Below, in pieces: positions 13,655-26,157 of a stretch of DNA of 64,000 nucleotides. Below the pieces are notes generated by a model. That model made no database searches. It was given only the letters and a program-made list of their open reading frames with translations, and was not told where the DNA came from. Position numbers and translations under genes: made by a program. Position 1 is the stretch's first letter; each line of letters begins with the position of its first letter. This DNA is from Paragordius varius (Eukaryota > Animalia > Nematomorpha), in assembly GCA_964247055.1 (NCBI GenBank), contig OZ176056.1:2852001-2916000 (forward strand), written 5' to 3'.

Positions 13655-16381
13655 CAGGGGTGGCCAACGAGGTGACCGCGGTCACGAAAGTGACCGCGAC
13701 AACTCAAAAAGTGACCGCCTGAAAATATTTTTTTTTAAATTTTATTGATTTTTTTCGGATAGTTGGCTACTTCTGAGCTAATTTAAATTTAAAATACAAA
13801 AAAATACGGTTTAAATTAAAAAAAACGTCTAAGAAAAGGGTGTAAAAAAATTATTTTATTAATTATAATTCATATGTTTTGGAGCATTTGCATTAAAACT
13901 TAAAATCAGTCATTTCCCTTGAATATATCAAAACTTTGAGCAAAGCTTATTCATAAATCAGAAGCATAATCGTGAAGTTAGATTTGATTTGATACACCAA
14001 AAGTAGGTTTTTAAAACTTATATTTTAGAATGAGCCAAAAAAAGTTGTACAGATACAAGAAAGATTGGGAGCATGAATACTTTTTTATTATGATAAATGA
14101 AACATGCACCTATCTAATATGCAATAGTACTGTTGCTTTGCCCAAAAAGTCAAATATTGAAAGACATTATAGATCTCTGCATCCACATTACTCCAAAAAC
14201 TACCCCTTACAAACTCAAGAACGCAACATTAAAGTAAAGGAATTAAAAGAACAATTATCCGCCTCACAAAATAGCATACTTAAATACAACAAAGGCTATA
14301 AAAATGCTACGATTGCTTCATTCAAGGTAGCGGAAATACTCATTCGGAACAATAAGCCATTCCAAGATGGTGAAATATTTAAAGAAGCCTTTATTAGCGC
14401 TTGTGATATTTTATTTGAAAATTTTGATAACAAAAATAATATTATGACAGCTATTAAAAGCATAAGCTTATCGAGAAATACCGTTATGCGCAGGGCTGAA
14501 GATATTAGTAATAATCTTGATGAAATTTTACATGAAAATATTAATAACTGTATTTTTTTTCCTTGCAACTCGATGAGTCCACCGATTATGTTGGAATCGC
14601 CCAATTATGCATTTTTATTCGTATGATATTTAGTGATTTATCTGCAAAGGAGGAATTATTAACTATAATACCTCTCCACGAACAAACCAGAGGGCAGGAT
14701 ATTTTTGATTCTTTTTATAAATTTATCACAGATAAACTTCTCATCGTAAAACTCGCATCTATAACTACTGATGGAGCTCCAGCTATGATTGGCGTTAACA
14801 ACGGCTTTATCGCTTTATGTAAAAATCACAGTGCATTTCCCAAGTTCATTGATTACCATTGTATAATCCATAATCAAGTTTTATGTTCAAAAGTTTTAAA
14901 ATACCATCATGTAATGAACCCCTGTTTTAAAATTGTTAACGCCATTCGAACAAAAAGCTTGTCCCGCCGCCAATTTCGAATTTTGTTAAATGAGTGCGGC
15001 GTGGAATATGGAGAACTTTTATTACATACTGATGTAAGGTGGTTGAGTCGTGCCGCATTTTTAATTAGATTTAGGCAACTTTTACCACAAATAGAAATTT
15101 TTTAAGAGAATTCTAAATTTTCATACCCTGAATTGAAAGATCAAGATTGGCTGCTTGATCTTGCATTTTTATGCGATATCACGGAAAAATTGCATAAATT
15201 AAACATCCAATTACAAGGAAAAGATAAAACAATAATGGATATGATGGGTGCTTTAAAATCTTTTAAGGAAACACTAACAGTAGTAGAAACACAATTAAAA
15301 AACCGAGATTTAAAACATTTTTTTAATCTGGCAGCGGTGTCTGAAAAAATAGAGAATCTCTCTTTTGAAAAATATGCAGATGATATTGGTCTGCTTATTA
15401 ATGATTTTGAAAAACGATTTTCATCTATAAATAAACTTGAAGACATCGCTATTTTTTTATCATGCCCATTTAATAATAATAATAATAATGTTGAATATAT
15501 TGCTCAAAAACTCAGCCACTTTCTTGGTGTACCAAATTTAGCAGAGTTGGAAGAGGAATTAATAAATGTTAAATGCGATATCCATCTAAAATCATTAGGA
15601 TCAGATATATATAAATTTATAAATAAAGATAAATACCCCCATATTTGGAAAACCGCTGCATTATTCAATTCTTTTTTTGGATCCACATATTTATGTGAAT
15701 CGGCTTTTTCAATTATGAATGCTATCAAAACTAAACAGAGGTCACAATTAACTAATAAACATTTAGAATCATGTTTGAGAATTGCTTTGACTTCATTTGA
15801 ACCTAATTTAGATAAACTTTCTGAATTTTTTCGCAGTCGGGCGTTTTAAATATTTTTTTCTTTATTAAATATGGATGTTTATCGAGTTTTATTTTCGCTT
15901 AGGAAAAAGCCGATTTACTAAAAAATATGTGGATAGAATTAAAACTGATACAATTTTAATGTACTCTTATTTATGTTCAAATTATGGTTCTAAATTGGAA
16001 TGCTATTTTTTCTTTCTTTTATTTTTTGTATCATAATGTATTCTCCCCTGTAATTTCAAATGCATTGTTTAAATTTTTATATTGTAAAATTTCATATAAT
16101 AGAAATTTAATAAATAAATATTTTGAAGTGTTTTATGTTGGTTAAAAAATTAAGGTAGTTAATAACCCGTTGTCTTTTAATTAAAATTATTTTTGTATTT
16201 GGTTGATAGATAAAAAAATTACAATTTTAAAATGGTTTAAACAAGTCACACTCTAATCTGTAAAGCAGGTATATACATCATTTAAAGTGTTGATTGAGTT
16301 TTTTTGATAAATATTTCTGGGTGACCGCGAACTCTTTTTTTAACAAAAAAGCTCGCGACAAAAAAAGTGTGGCCACCCCTG
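13655..16381 (+). mobile_element. Full-length hAT transposon (Buster/SPIN/Charlie-like)
   Basis: TIR CAGGGGTGGCCA/TGGCCACCCCTG, perfect 8-bp TSD CTCTATAG, transposase inside. Confidence 0.95.
14030..15849 (+). pseudogene. Inactivated hAT transposase (GTF2IRD2/ZBED-like)
   Basis: BED finger (one Cys reads Tyr in TCTYLIC), QLDESTD, ITTDGAPAM, HCIIH, VRWLS, STYLCESAFS. Frameshift at the poly-T near 14555 and in-frame TAA at 15103-15105. Confidence 0.93.
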
Positions 16382-17672
16382 CTCTATAGGTATTGCGCTT
16401 GGAATCACAAATGGTATATTTGTAGTTTTCTCATCTCTTTATTGGATTAATAACTAGGATTTAAGGTGTAGTTCTTAATATTAAGGGGTACCGTTATGTT
16501 TATGTCGCATACACTTTTTTCAATGTTATGGGATATTTTGGTTAAAAAAGATTTACTCATTCGTTTTATTTGTTTTATTCTCTTCCTGGATCTTTCGTTT
16601 CCTATTTGCGTAACCGCTGAGTTTTGGCAATATCTGATAATAATGAAAATAATTATAACAAATACAAAGCTATATTACCTACTTTGTTAGAGATGAATAG
16701 AAATAAGTTTGTACATGTAGAAGGGAATACCTGCATCAAAGTTGTTTTTTGCATAATGTCTCTTAGTCTCATTTATAAAAATTTTATATTTTTTAGGGAT
16801 TATTACGTAAGTTGCTGAAATCCTACTAGAAAGTTGTTATAATATTTGCATAAATTAAATTTAATTAAGAAAAATTATTTTGGCGCCCCTAAAAACAGCG
16901 CCCGGGGCATGATGCACCCCCTTGCCCCCCCCCCCCCCCTTGGTACGCCACTGCAACTGGGTTAAAATTAACAAGATACAGAAAAGGTTGATAAACAATT
17001 GTTTTAACAAAAATATTATACTAATAATGAGTTAGTTGAGCCCAAATATTAGGGTAAATTTAACATGTTCAAGGGTAGAAATATTTTATAATATGAAATG
17101 CTTAATGATGGAATTTATGGGATGTTCAACACGGTTTTTGCGATACGCAAAAATGCTCTAAAAAATTGGAATTAAATCAAAAATATACGATTATTTCGAA
17201 GATATATTATCCAAAATTGAGGTCAAGAAAACCAAAATATATCAAAGCAGCCACGAAGATGTTTATGTTGAACATTAATGATTTAAGGCTCAATGGTATA
17301 TTTTATCCTTTGAATATATCAATTTACATCCACAACCATAATTTTTCCAATACAACGAGTTATTTTTTAAAAATCTATATAGTGGTCTTAATTACCATAT
17401 TTTTAATTTTAAGCAATCAGTTAATTTATAGTTTATTAATTACCCAGAAGTAAGAAAAAAAATATAGGGCGTAAGTAAACAAACAATTTGCAGTCTATGT
17501 GCGTCTGTTTACAAATTCTAAAAATAATTTGTTTACTAAATTCGATTCGCAAAATTTAACCTATATCTTTGTTATCGATTAAAAAATTGAAAATTATATA
17601 AAGTAGGATGTATTGCTAAAATTTATTTTAATATTTTTTTTGTTAAAAACTTTGACAATCCTTACCCATAAA

Positions 17673-19084
17673 ATGAAACTGATATTAATTGTAATACTTT
17701 TTGCCTCTACACTATCATGTTTTTGGAGTCAACCTTTGGAAACAAGCGAGAGATCAAACTCAACTGCATATCTATGGAAGGGTCAAACATTGAAGAAAAT
17801 TGTATCATATCACCCATTACAGTAAAAGCAAGTCTTGCTTTGGTAGAAGCCGCTAGTTCCTGTAAAAACAAAATTATCTCTCCCTGATTTAGCCAATGAT
17901 GCTAAATCCTTCATAGTCGCCAACAATGTTAAATTATCATCAGGATTGGCCAACAATACGGATACCACAATAAGTTTAGTAAACGCCGTGTATGTGGATA
18001 AACGATCTAAGCTAAATCCTAAATTTGAATCTATCGTCAAAGATTTCGGAGCACCCAAAGCAATAAATATGTCAGACTCTCAACAATCTATAAATGAAAT
18101 CAATAGGGATGTTACGAATTGGACTCATAATAAAACCACGAAAATCATTGAGAGTGTTTCATCGAATACTGCAAATTTTCATATCTTCCATGTACTTCAA
18201 AGCTTTGTGGCTTAAACCATTTCAAAAGTAAATTATTAAACAAAAAAGCAACTAATGTTAAAAATATTTTTCTTTGAATTAATTGTCAGTATTGATGAAT
18301 ATGTGTAATAAATTATTGAAATTTAGAGTCAAGAAAAGCCTATTCAAAGATTACAAAGGGAATGTGACCTTGGTTGATTCATTGAGCACAAATGACGATA
18401 TTACAGTATACAATGCAAGCGAAATCAATTCAACCATAGTAGTATTGCCATACAAAAATGATAACTTTACATTTACTGCCATTGTCCCTGGAACTAAAGA
18501 AAATATGCACCGCATTCAAAACATATTGAATAATAAGGTTGTTGAGAATAGAGTCATGTCTCAAATCTCTATTTGGATAAATGCATCAAGCAATACCACA
18601 AAGCGTGGATTAAAAATTCCCTTAATCAATATAACAGCTGAACATGATCTACTTTCCAAACTTGACAAAGCACTCCAGTGCCATAAAGAGTAACAATTTT
18701 TTTTGTATAGTTTTCATATTATTATGCTTGTTTGTAACTCAAAACTGGAAAAATAAGTTTTTACTTTTAGAAAAAAATTCTTAGATTATGCCATATTTTT
18801 TGTATTGAATGATAATTTATCTTTCTCTCTTTAGTAAATTGGACAATATATTTGACACAGAAGTTTCAATTACACGCATGGTTCAAAAAATTAGATTAGA
18901 GACGGGAATAAATGGTACAGAAGGGGCGAGCGTTGTGGCAACTGAAATGATGTATAGATCTGCCGATCTTAATTACAGAATCAATCGACCTTTCCTCTAT
19001 TTTATTTCCCATTCAGATGGTGACATCCTTTTTGCTGGGCGATATGCCATATCCCCATCTTCTAACAGTGGACTCTCAAATTAA
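17673..19084 (+). pseudogene. Secreted serpin, three exons (17673-18227, 18327-18689, 18835-19084), three frameshifts in exon 1
   Basis: Signal peptide MKLILIVILFASTLSC; motifs NCIISP, SSMYFKALWLKPF, VLPYK, NGTEGASVVATEMMYR|SAD, RINRPFLYFI. Both introns are phase-2 GT-AG. 1-nt frameshifts near 17720, 17882 and 18173. Confidence 0.85.
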
Positions 19085-21442
19085 AGCCCTCTTTAAATCA
19101 CAACATTAATATATTAAATAAATATATGAAAAAATATTATAGATATCCATGTGGAGGAATTCTTAGAATAGGTTCTTATTAGTACATTTTAATTATATAA
19201 ACTGTTATGCATATTATTGGTTGCAATGTATGATATAGTCTAAAGCTTTTGTTCATTTCTTTACAGATTATGGTAATCTCATCCCTTTGTAAATATAAAG
19301 TGACAACACAAAAATTATTAAATTAACTTAAGTAAGTATGCAAAAATAATTCTGATATAATTTTAATCAAAAAGTTTAACAGATTTTGCGTAGTAGGTTT
19401 GGAGGAAGCCATTTAACAATGTGTTTGGTGATATCATATCGAAAGATCACAAAATTAGCGCACTTTTATCAAAATCTAAATTCAATATTCCAAAAATATC
19501 ATAAAAATATAGTTAAATTGTATTCTTTAATATAATGTTGACAAATAAGTAATTTAAACCCCTTAATATCAGAGAAATATATATAGATGAAAAAAGTTAA
19601 AGCCTGTTTTAAATATTATAGTACATATAGTACTTAATTAATCGATGAAAAAACGGAGAGAATTAGAAGCTAAGAAATTTTAAACCACAACATGTTAAGA
19701 CTTTATGACCTTTTGAGTTTAAAGAGCGATATTAAATTCAAATATCTTAAAAAGTATTTAATAGGCGGAATTTATAAATATGCTTTCTTTAGCCTTCGGG
19801 GGCATGATACAAGATAGTTTTTATAAAAATCAAAATTTGTAAGTAAATAAGCTCATCTCCAACTGTTACCTGCCATTTTTTTTAAATTTTTTTAAATGGG
19901 TAATATCACTTGGATACAAAACATTTATTCCCCGTTTCGCAACCCAAAAAGATGATTAAATTCATAAAAATACAAGAAAATATAAGGTTTTTTTTAAAAA
20001 TATCATTTACATTTTTAATAAATTACTGTAAGTTCCGTTTAGAAAAATATCATCTCATAGAAACTACCAAAAAAATAAAATATTAAAGATAGTAAACTCA
20101 TGAAAGGTTTAATTTTAAAGATATTTAACTAAATCTACTTTTTGTATGAATCTATCGAGAGTTTAATAAACCAATTCAATATTCTATTTCATATAATCGC
20201 CTATATAATTCTGATTACCTGCGTTAAATATAGGTGGCTATAAAAAATACATGAAAATCATATGTTCTGATAGAAAATAGTATCAGTTATTTTGGTTATA
20301 TCTTTTACAAGTGATATAAGAAAGTTATTTACATTTTTCCGGTAATTGCTCCATATCAGAAAATGGCATTTGTGCAAATTTTTCTGATAAATATTTTGAT
20401 GATTTAAGCAAAATCTGCCAAAATTTTTGTACTTAACGTCATTCCGAGAAACATCTTTTAAAATATATCTTAAACTGCATAAAAAGTAAAGCAATATTTA
20501 AATTTTTTATATGTGGCCCCCAAAAGTCCTATTTTTTCTATCTGAAAACGGGCGCTTTATCATAAACGCAAAACATAAAATTTTGCCCTCTTTGAAGATA
20601 TATAAAATCCTAATAAGCACATCAAAAAATACAAAATTGGAACTTAGAGCCGCATGCGACCCGTGTTGCGCGAAGTATCAATGTTTTAAAATCTAACCAA
20701 TTTTATAATATTAGTTTATCTTATTATTTGTGTTAACCCAAATATTCACCCAAAATTAAAGCTAACAAATCTTTAAATTAAAATCTTAGTGACATTATTC
20801 AGAATAATTTTATAATGCAAAAATGTTTTTTACCGTTTCAACCATGCCATACCATTTCATAAAACTAGCTTCACCAAAATGTCGCTATAATATGAAAATT
20901 TAACACTTATGACAATTTCACTTTTTGTCCGCGATGACATATTGTGGTAGAGGTTTATCCAAGAGCTTAATCTAAACTCTTTGAAAGTTTAAGTTAAATT
21001 CAAATATCAACATTACTCTCCTATATTAAAAAAGCTTATAAATTATTTTTTAACTTCTCCAAAACACGATCAATCATTTGATAACTAAAACAAGAACCTT
21101 AAGTTATTGATGATAAAATGTGTTAGGATAACTAAACTTAATTATTTCAATTTTCTAACCATGATATAATTAATTATTTGCCTATTGTATCAATTTAAAA
21201 TAAGTCGGCGAAAAAGTGTAAGATAGGGATTTTCGTATTTCACATTTTTTTTAAATATTGCAGCATATACCTTTAGTATGAATATTGCAAATTCGACTTA
21301 ATACTATAAATATTTTTAGAGATATTTAATGTTAATTCGCCATAAGATATATAACTGCTGCAAAAGGTCATGATTGTTAAGAATATTTTAAATATCTGAA
21401 TTTCATTTTCAAAATATTGCGGCAATCAAAGTACATGATTAA

Positions 21443-22230
21443 CACTTCGATTCGAAGTATCTTAATATCCCAGACCATTTTTAAATTGGTGTTCTTAACA
21501 AACTACCTAATAGAATTGTAATTTAAATTTATGCTTCTATTCCATAAATTATATAGTTAAATCAAAATATCTTAATAAATTTACCTTTTGAAAAAATTCT
21601 CATCTCGAATTGGTTTGCACCAAAATTATTTTTGAATTTTACCAGAATACATCTTATTTTTTAATTTTGCATAATCCCACTTCTTGTAAAGATATCCATT
21701 AAAATATTTCCCATTACAAAGCATTTATTTTATTAATTTTCAGGTAATTTTGATAGTAGCAGAGATTCGAGCGATATGGTTAATGTCATCTTCGGAATCA
21801 GTCATAAAAAATTTTATTTAGATTTGAATATAACGGAAAATATGGCTTATTCCAAATCAATTGTTTGGATTATAAATAAACTCAAAAATCCAATATAATT
21901 CATTTTATCCCCAGGGCCAAATCAATTATCCAGGACCACTATAATATTTAATTCTTTCATTAATGACATAAAATATTTGATTATGAAATACACATATGCC
22001 TAGGCTCAATCAGAAAATTGGATTACAAAGCTTGCCTCAAGTCTGCAGGATAGATAAAAATTATCAAAATAACTTTTCTGGCTTTAGAAAAGTTGAGAAT
22101 TTCGAAACGCAATAATATTAATTTGAGGTATATACATTTATATATTATACAAAGTGCTGTTTGTGGCCAAGATCTGTTGATAAAAAATCCGTAATATCAA
22201 GTGTGCCAAAATCCGGTGTGCGAAAACCAC
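21443..22230 (+). mobile_element. piggyBac remnant
   Basis: TTAA|CACTT left end. C-terminal Cys-rich domain remnant KCCLWPRSVDKKS...VCQNPVCENH across a frameshift at 22153-22230. Confidence 0.5.
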
Positions 22231-22499
22231 AAAAAACCACCATTTATTGCATTAATTGCTAAATATTTATTATTGTTTTTTTTGTATATTATGTAAACCT
22301 TTAAAAATGAATATTCACAGAATAACATGTTTCCTAATTTAGTATTTTGGCCTAATTTGAAAAACGATCTCACTTAATGGGTAGAGAATTGCAGGGCCTG
22401 ACAATCCAACTGAACCAATCCTGAAACTTAACCCTATCTGTGGAGTTTTAGGAGCGGCTTGGTATATATATATATATTTATTGGCCCACCGCGGTTACT

Positions 22500-23270
22500 A
22501 GTCGTTAGTACTTATCGATAACGCCAAAGGGATTTCGATTTAGAGTATTCTTAATTGCCTGGGAAAACTTATTGCTAGTTTTGGATTTCCTTGTCAATTG
22601 TAACTGACAATGCCAGCTGTCGGTATAAAAGAATTTGATAAAGCACATCTGCACCAAACTCTATTATCAAAGATCAACGTGATGGTAAAAGGAAAAACCT
22701 TGAAAAGTAAATATTTTTATACCAAAGCTAAATTAATGCATGTATATGAAGCATTATTCATATTTCTAGAGAACGGGTTTACATGCGCCAGAAATTCCTT
22801 CCGCTTTATTCATAAAACGTCAAGTTAAAAACCCTCTCTCATAAGTAAAGTCGACCCCAGTCGAATTTATGAACCATATATAGAACCGCACCGCGATTTT
22901 AGACTAACTTTTCTGTATAAAAAATGAGTCGAGTAAGGGGTGGAGGCAGGGCATCATAGAAAAAGGATGACTTTTATCGTACGAAGATAAGGACAAGGAG
23001 GTAGTTAACCGAAAAACGCGTATCAGCTACCAAAAAGATAACATTATCTAAATGCGGATAGAGTTCCGGGTTACATAATGCATGTCTACGGGCAAATTCC
23101 TAGACCAATATCTGCAGTTGAAATCACCCTTACCCGGAATACCCCAGGAAACTCAATGCAATTAAACCTGATATTGGGTCATACGACTGCTAGGCAATGT
23201 ATTGTTAAGAAAAACCCCAAAACCGGAAAGAAAATCCCCTTTACGCAAGTGTCCCGATAGAAACGGGGGA
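22500..23270 (+). mobile_element. Decayed Mag-like Ty3/Gypsy integrase remnant between the serpins
   Basis: KLIASFGFP..IVTDNAS and IKNESSKGWRQGIIEKG*LLSY match GWFARYGTPDVIVTDNAS and IKNELEAGWREGKIVERTGLLSY of the 45783-50355 element. Confidence 0.7.
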
Positions 23271-23856
23271 AAATATAAGATTAATACCCACATGCGTTTG
23301 TAGATAGATATAATGGTGTTCGCTAGATCAGGCAAACTCAATTGTTTTTATGTTTTACTTTTTATTCTTTTTGGATTGAGACGATTATGATTATTTTTTT
23401 AAGGATGTATTCGTATTTTTATGTTATTTTTATATAACTATTGATTCGTGTTGTATAATTAATAATGCAATACTATGATACATTAAAACCATATTCTAAG
23501 ATCTATCGGAGTCAAAAACTCAGGTGATGATATAAATAATAGGGGATTTGTGAAATATCGGTTGGTTTTAAACGTGCTGAATCAACATCTAATCAGAAAT
23601 CAGAAAAACAGAACAATAGGTTTATATCCAGCACATCTAACCGAACAAACTGGCGAAAATACATCCAAATAACAACAGATCGACATGATCTGTGCTATAG
23701 CAACACAAACATCCTTTTTTCTCTATAATAATTCAAATGAATATATTATAATTTATTTCATGATTTTTATCTATAGATGATTATATATTATGAAAGATGC
23801 GTTAACAAAATAAGTCAGGAATAAATTGATGTAAAGATATAAACATTAAATTAAAA

Positions 23857-25212
23857 TTAAGCTGCATTAGGCTTGACATAGCGTCCAACAAACAAAGGAG
23901 TATCTTCATAAGCTATAACATAGATGAAAGGTCTATTGAATACAAATTGACTGGAAACACCAAATCTGTTTCCCAATTCAGAAACTGTAACACTTGCTCC
24001 TTCGGTACCGTTAACCGTGGTTTTCAATACATTGTGATGGATAATGGAGCTTATCTCAAGAGCCTTGCCTGACTTTCTTACTTTATCCATTTTGCTACAT
24101 TGAGAAATCAAAAAAGTTATAGATAATAGAACCAAAATAGGGAATAAATTTTTATAATAAAACAAAAATTACTCTTTATGGCATTTCAATTGATTGGACA
24201 ATAGTTTAAGCATGTCATATCTGCTCTGCTCGTCTAAAGCCGGTATTTTTACACCTTCAGAATTCAGTTTGGTGGCTTCTTTCACCCATTCTTTGATTTG
24301 AGGTATTATGTTTTGGTTAAGTTTGGCCTGTACATCAGTAAAATTAGTGGTCTCTGGTTGAATCGCATAAAATTTATATTTGGGATCAGTGTATGGCAAT
24401 TCTAATATGATGGAATCGTGTTTCGTTGCATTGTATAATGTTGTATTCCTTTCTGTCGACAACATTTTGACCTGGGTTTTCGTTTTATCCAATGATGTAA
24501 AAAGTTCATTTGTTCTAATATAAAAATCATATAATTAAACGCAAAAAGAAAGAGTAAAAAGTATAATATTTATATGTAATATATATTTACATCTCATTAA
24601 AGGGATTGAGCCAGGTAGCATTGAAATATATGGCAGAGATTAGGAGGGCTTTCGCATCTCCACTCAAGTTTTCCACAACTTTTTCGATTTTACCGTGAGT
24701 TAGATTTGAAACTTTCCAATTAATTTGGCTTACAGTATTAGGGGTACTGAACGAAACCTTTTCTACCGAACCATTTAAACTTTTAACATCCATCTCATAA
24801 TTAGAGCTTAATTCTTCTTGACTATCAACATACAGAAGATTAGCTAATTCCATTGTTGCGGATTTACTGCTTGCGGTTGTCGGTGAGCCCATAGACCTTA
24901 AAAAAGTTTGAACATCCTCACTAAATTTGGTTTGTTGGCTAAAATTGGATTCGGACATGAACTTCCTTTGGTTAGCAAAGCTAGATTTGCATATAACGTG
25001 ATTGGAGACTTTAAAACATTAGTTTGAGTAGAGTCATCAAAGTATTTTAAACCATCTTCCAAATTTTTCAACTCTGAATTTTCTGTTTCAGGAGTCAAAT
25101 GCGACGGATTTGATGATAAGGATGATGGTAAAGCATTATAATGATAAATTAAGCAAGTAAGAAATAAAAGAGATTGGATAAAGGAAAGGGCTTGCATAGA
25201 GTATTTAATCAT
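23857..25212 (-). CDS. Secreted serpin, three exons (25212-24591, 24514-24173, 24094-23857), one frameshift
   Basis: Hydrophobic leader; motifs NVLKSP, SAIYFNATWLNPF, ILELPY, NGTEGASVTVSELGNR|FG, FVFNRPFIYVI. Two phase-2 GT-AG introns. One missing A near 24930 (cca aa[a] ttt) breaks the frame, either a sequencing error or recent pseudogenization. Confidence 0.85.
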
Positions 25213-26157
25213 TTTGAGATAGGTAAGTTGGTGGATGAAAAATAAATTTGTGTTAATTGTTAGATTTTTTAGGGGGTTTATATAGTTTTAAATTAGCAAA
25301 GTCATATGTAAGTATTTACGTTGTTTAAAATTACAAGAATTTTGCTTATGTAAAACGTTCGTTTAATATTACTAATAAGATAGTCTTGTTATTTATTTAC
25401 ATAAGCGAGTGATTTACTGATAAAATTTCAACTAACGTATAAATTTGTATTATTTTTAAATGTAAATGATTTAGCAATTCTGGGTATTTTTATTACGAAC
25501 AACAAAAACATGGATATTCTACGAATAATCATACTAAATTTGCGTCAATCAGTAATAATAATAAAATAATTTATTACATAATGTATTAATGAGTCATTTA
25601 AAACAACATAAGGACCATTTTATGCATTTATTCGTAAATTGGAAATTTGCGCCGATTTGAGAAGTATAATAATAATTTATACTGTTTGTTGATTAATTTG
25701 CAATTCTAATATATTATGAAGGAATTGGACAAATAACCAAAATATGCTATCAAATTAAAATGATATATGAACCATCCCTTATTTTAAACTCTATGCAAAA
25801 TGTGTTGGTTAAAAACACTCTGTTAGTACTACTTGACTCTGGATTTTAGAGTTGTATGCTTTATGTTATTAAAAAATTCAATAGGAAGCATATTTAAGTA
25901 TACGATTTTGATGCCTTTGAATTTATTAATTCGAAAAAACGGTTTCCTGCAAACTTATTTTATATAAAAAAAGTCAATGCTTTCAGGGGTGCCCATACAA
26001 ATCACTTCGTGGGGTGCACTCATTATATATTGTAAAAACATATTTTTATGATTTCATACATAATACAATATTATCATTGTTTTTTATTAGTGCCAATATT
26101 TTAGAATGTCAGTAAACTTGTTAAAGTTATAAGATTTTAAAAATAGCATGTTATGTA

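Larger units (their letters stand above)
10629..16953 (-). mobile_element. Degenerate hAT element (ZMYM1/DUF4371-like family) hosting three nested insertions
   Basis: Ends (c)agaggcgtacc / ggtacgccactg flanked by caactgg on both sides. Minus-strand hAT dimerization motif STSVASCERSF near 10800. Colinear with 26158-28315. Confidence 0.8.

Noticed and set aside
17870-17900. 31-nt GT-AG micro-intron (gtaaaaac...gatttag) that would repair the second serpin frameshift; also a CCC-TGA +1 frameshift-like motif
   Set aside because: The removed residues align with coding sequence in the paralog, which has no equivalent rescue and shifts in the opposite direction. Two other frameshifts would remain, and the other serpin introns are 76 nt or longer.
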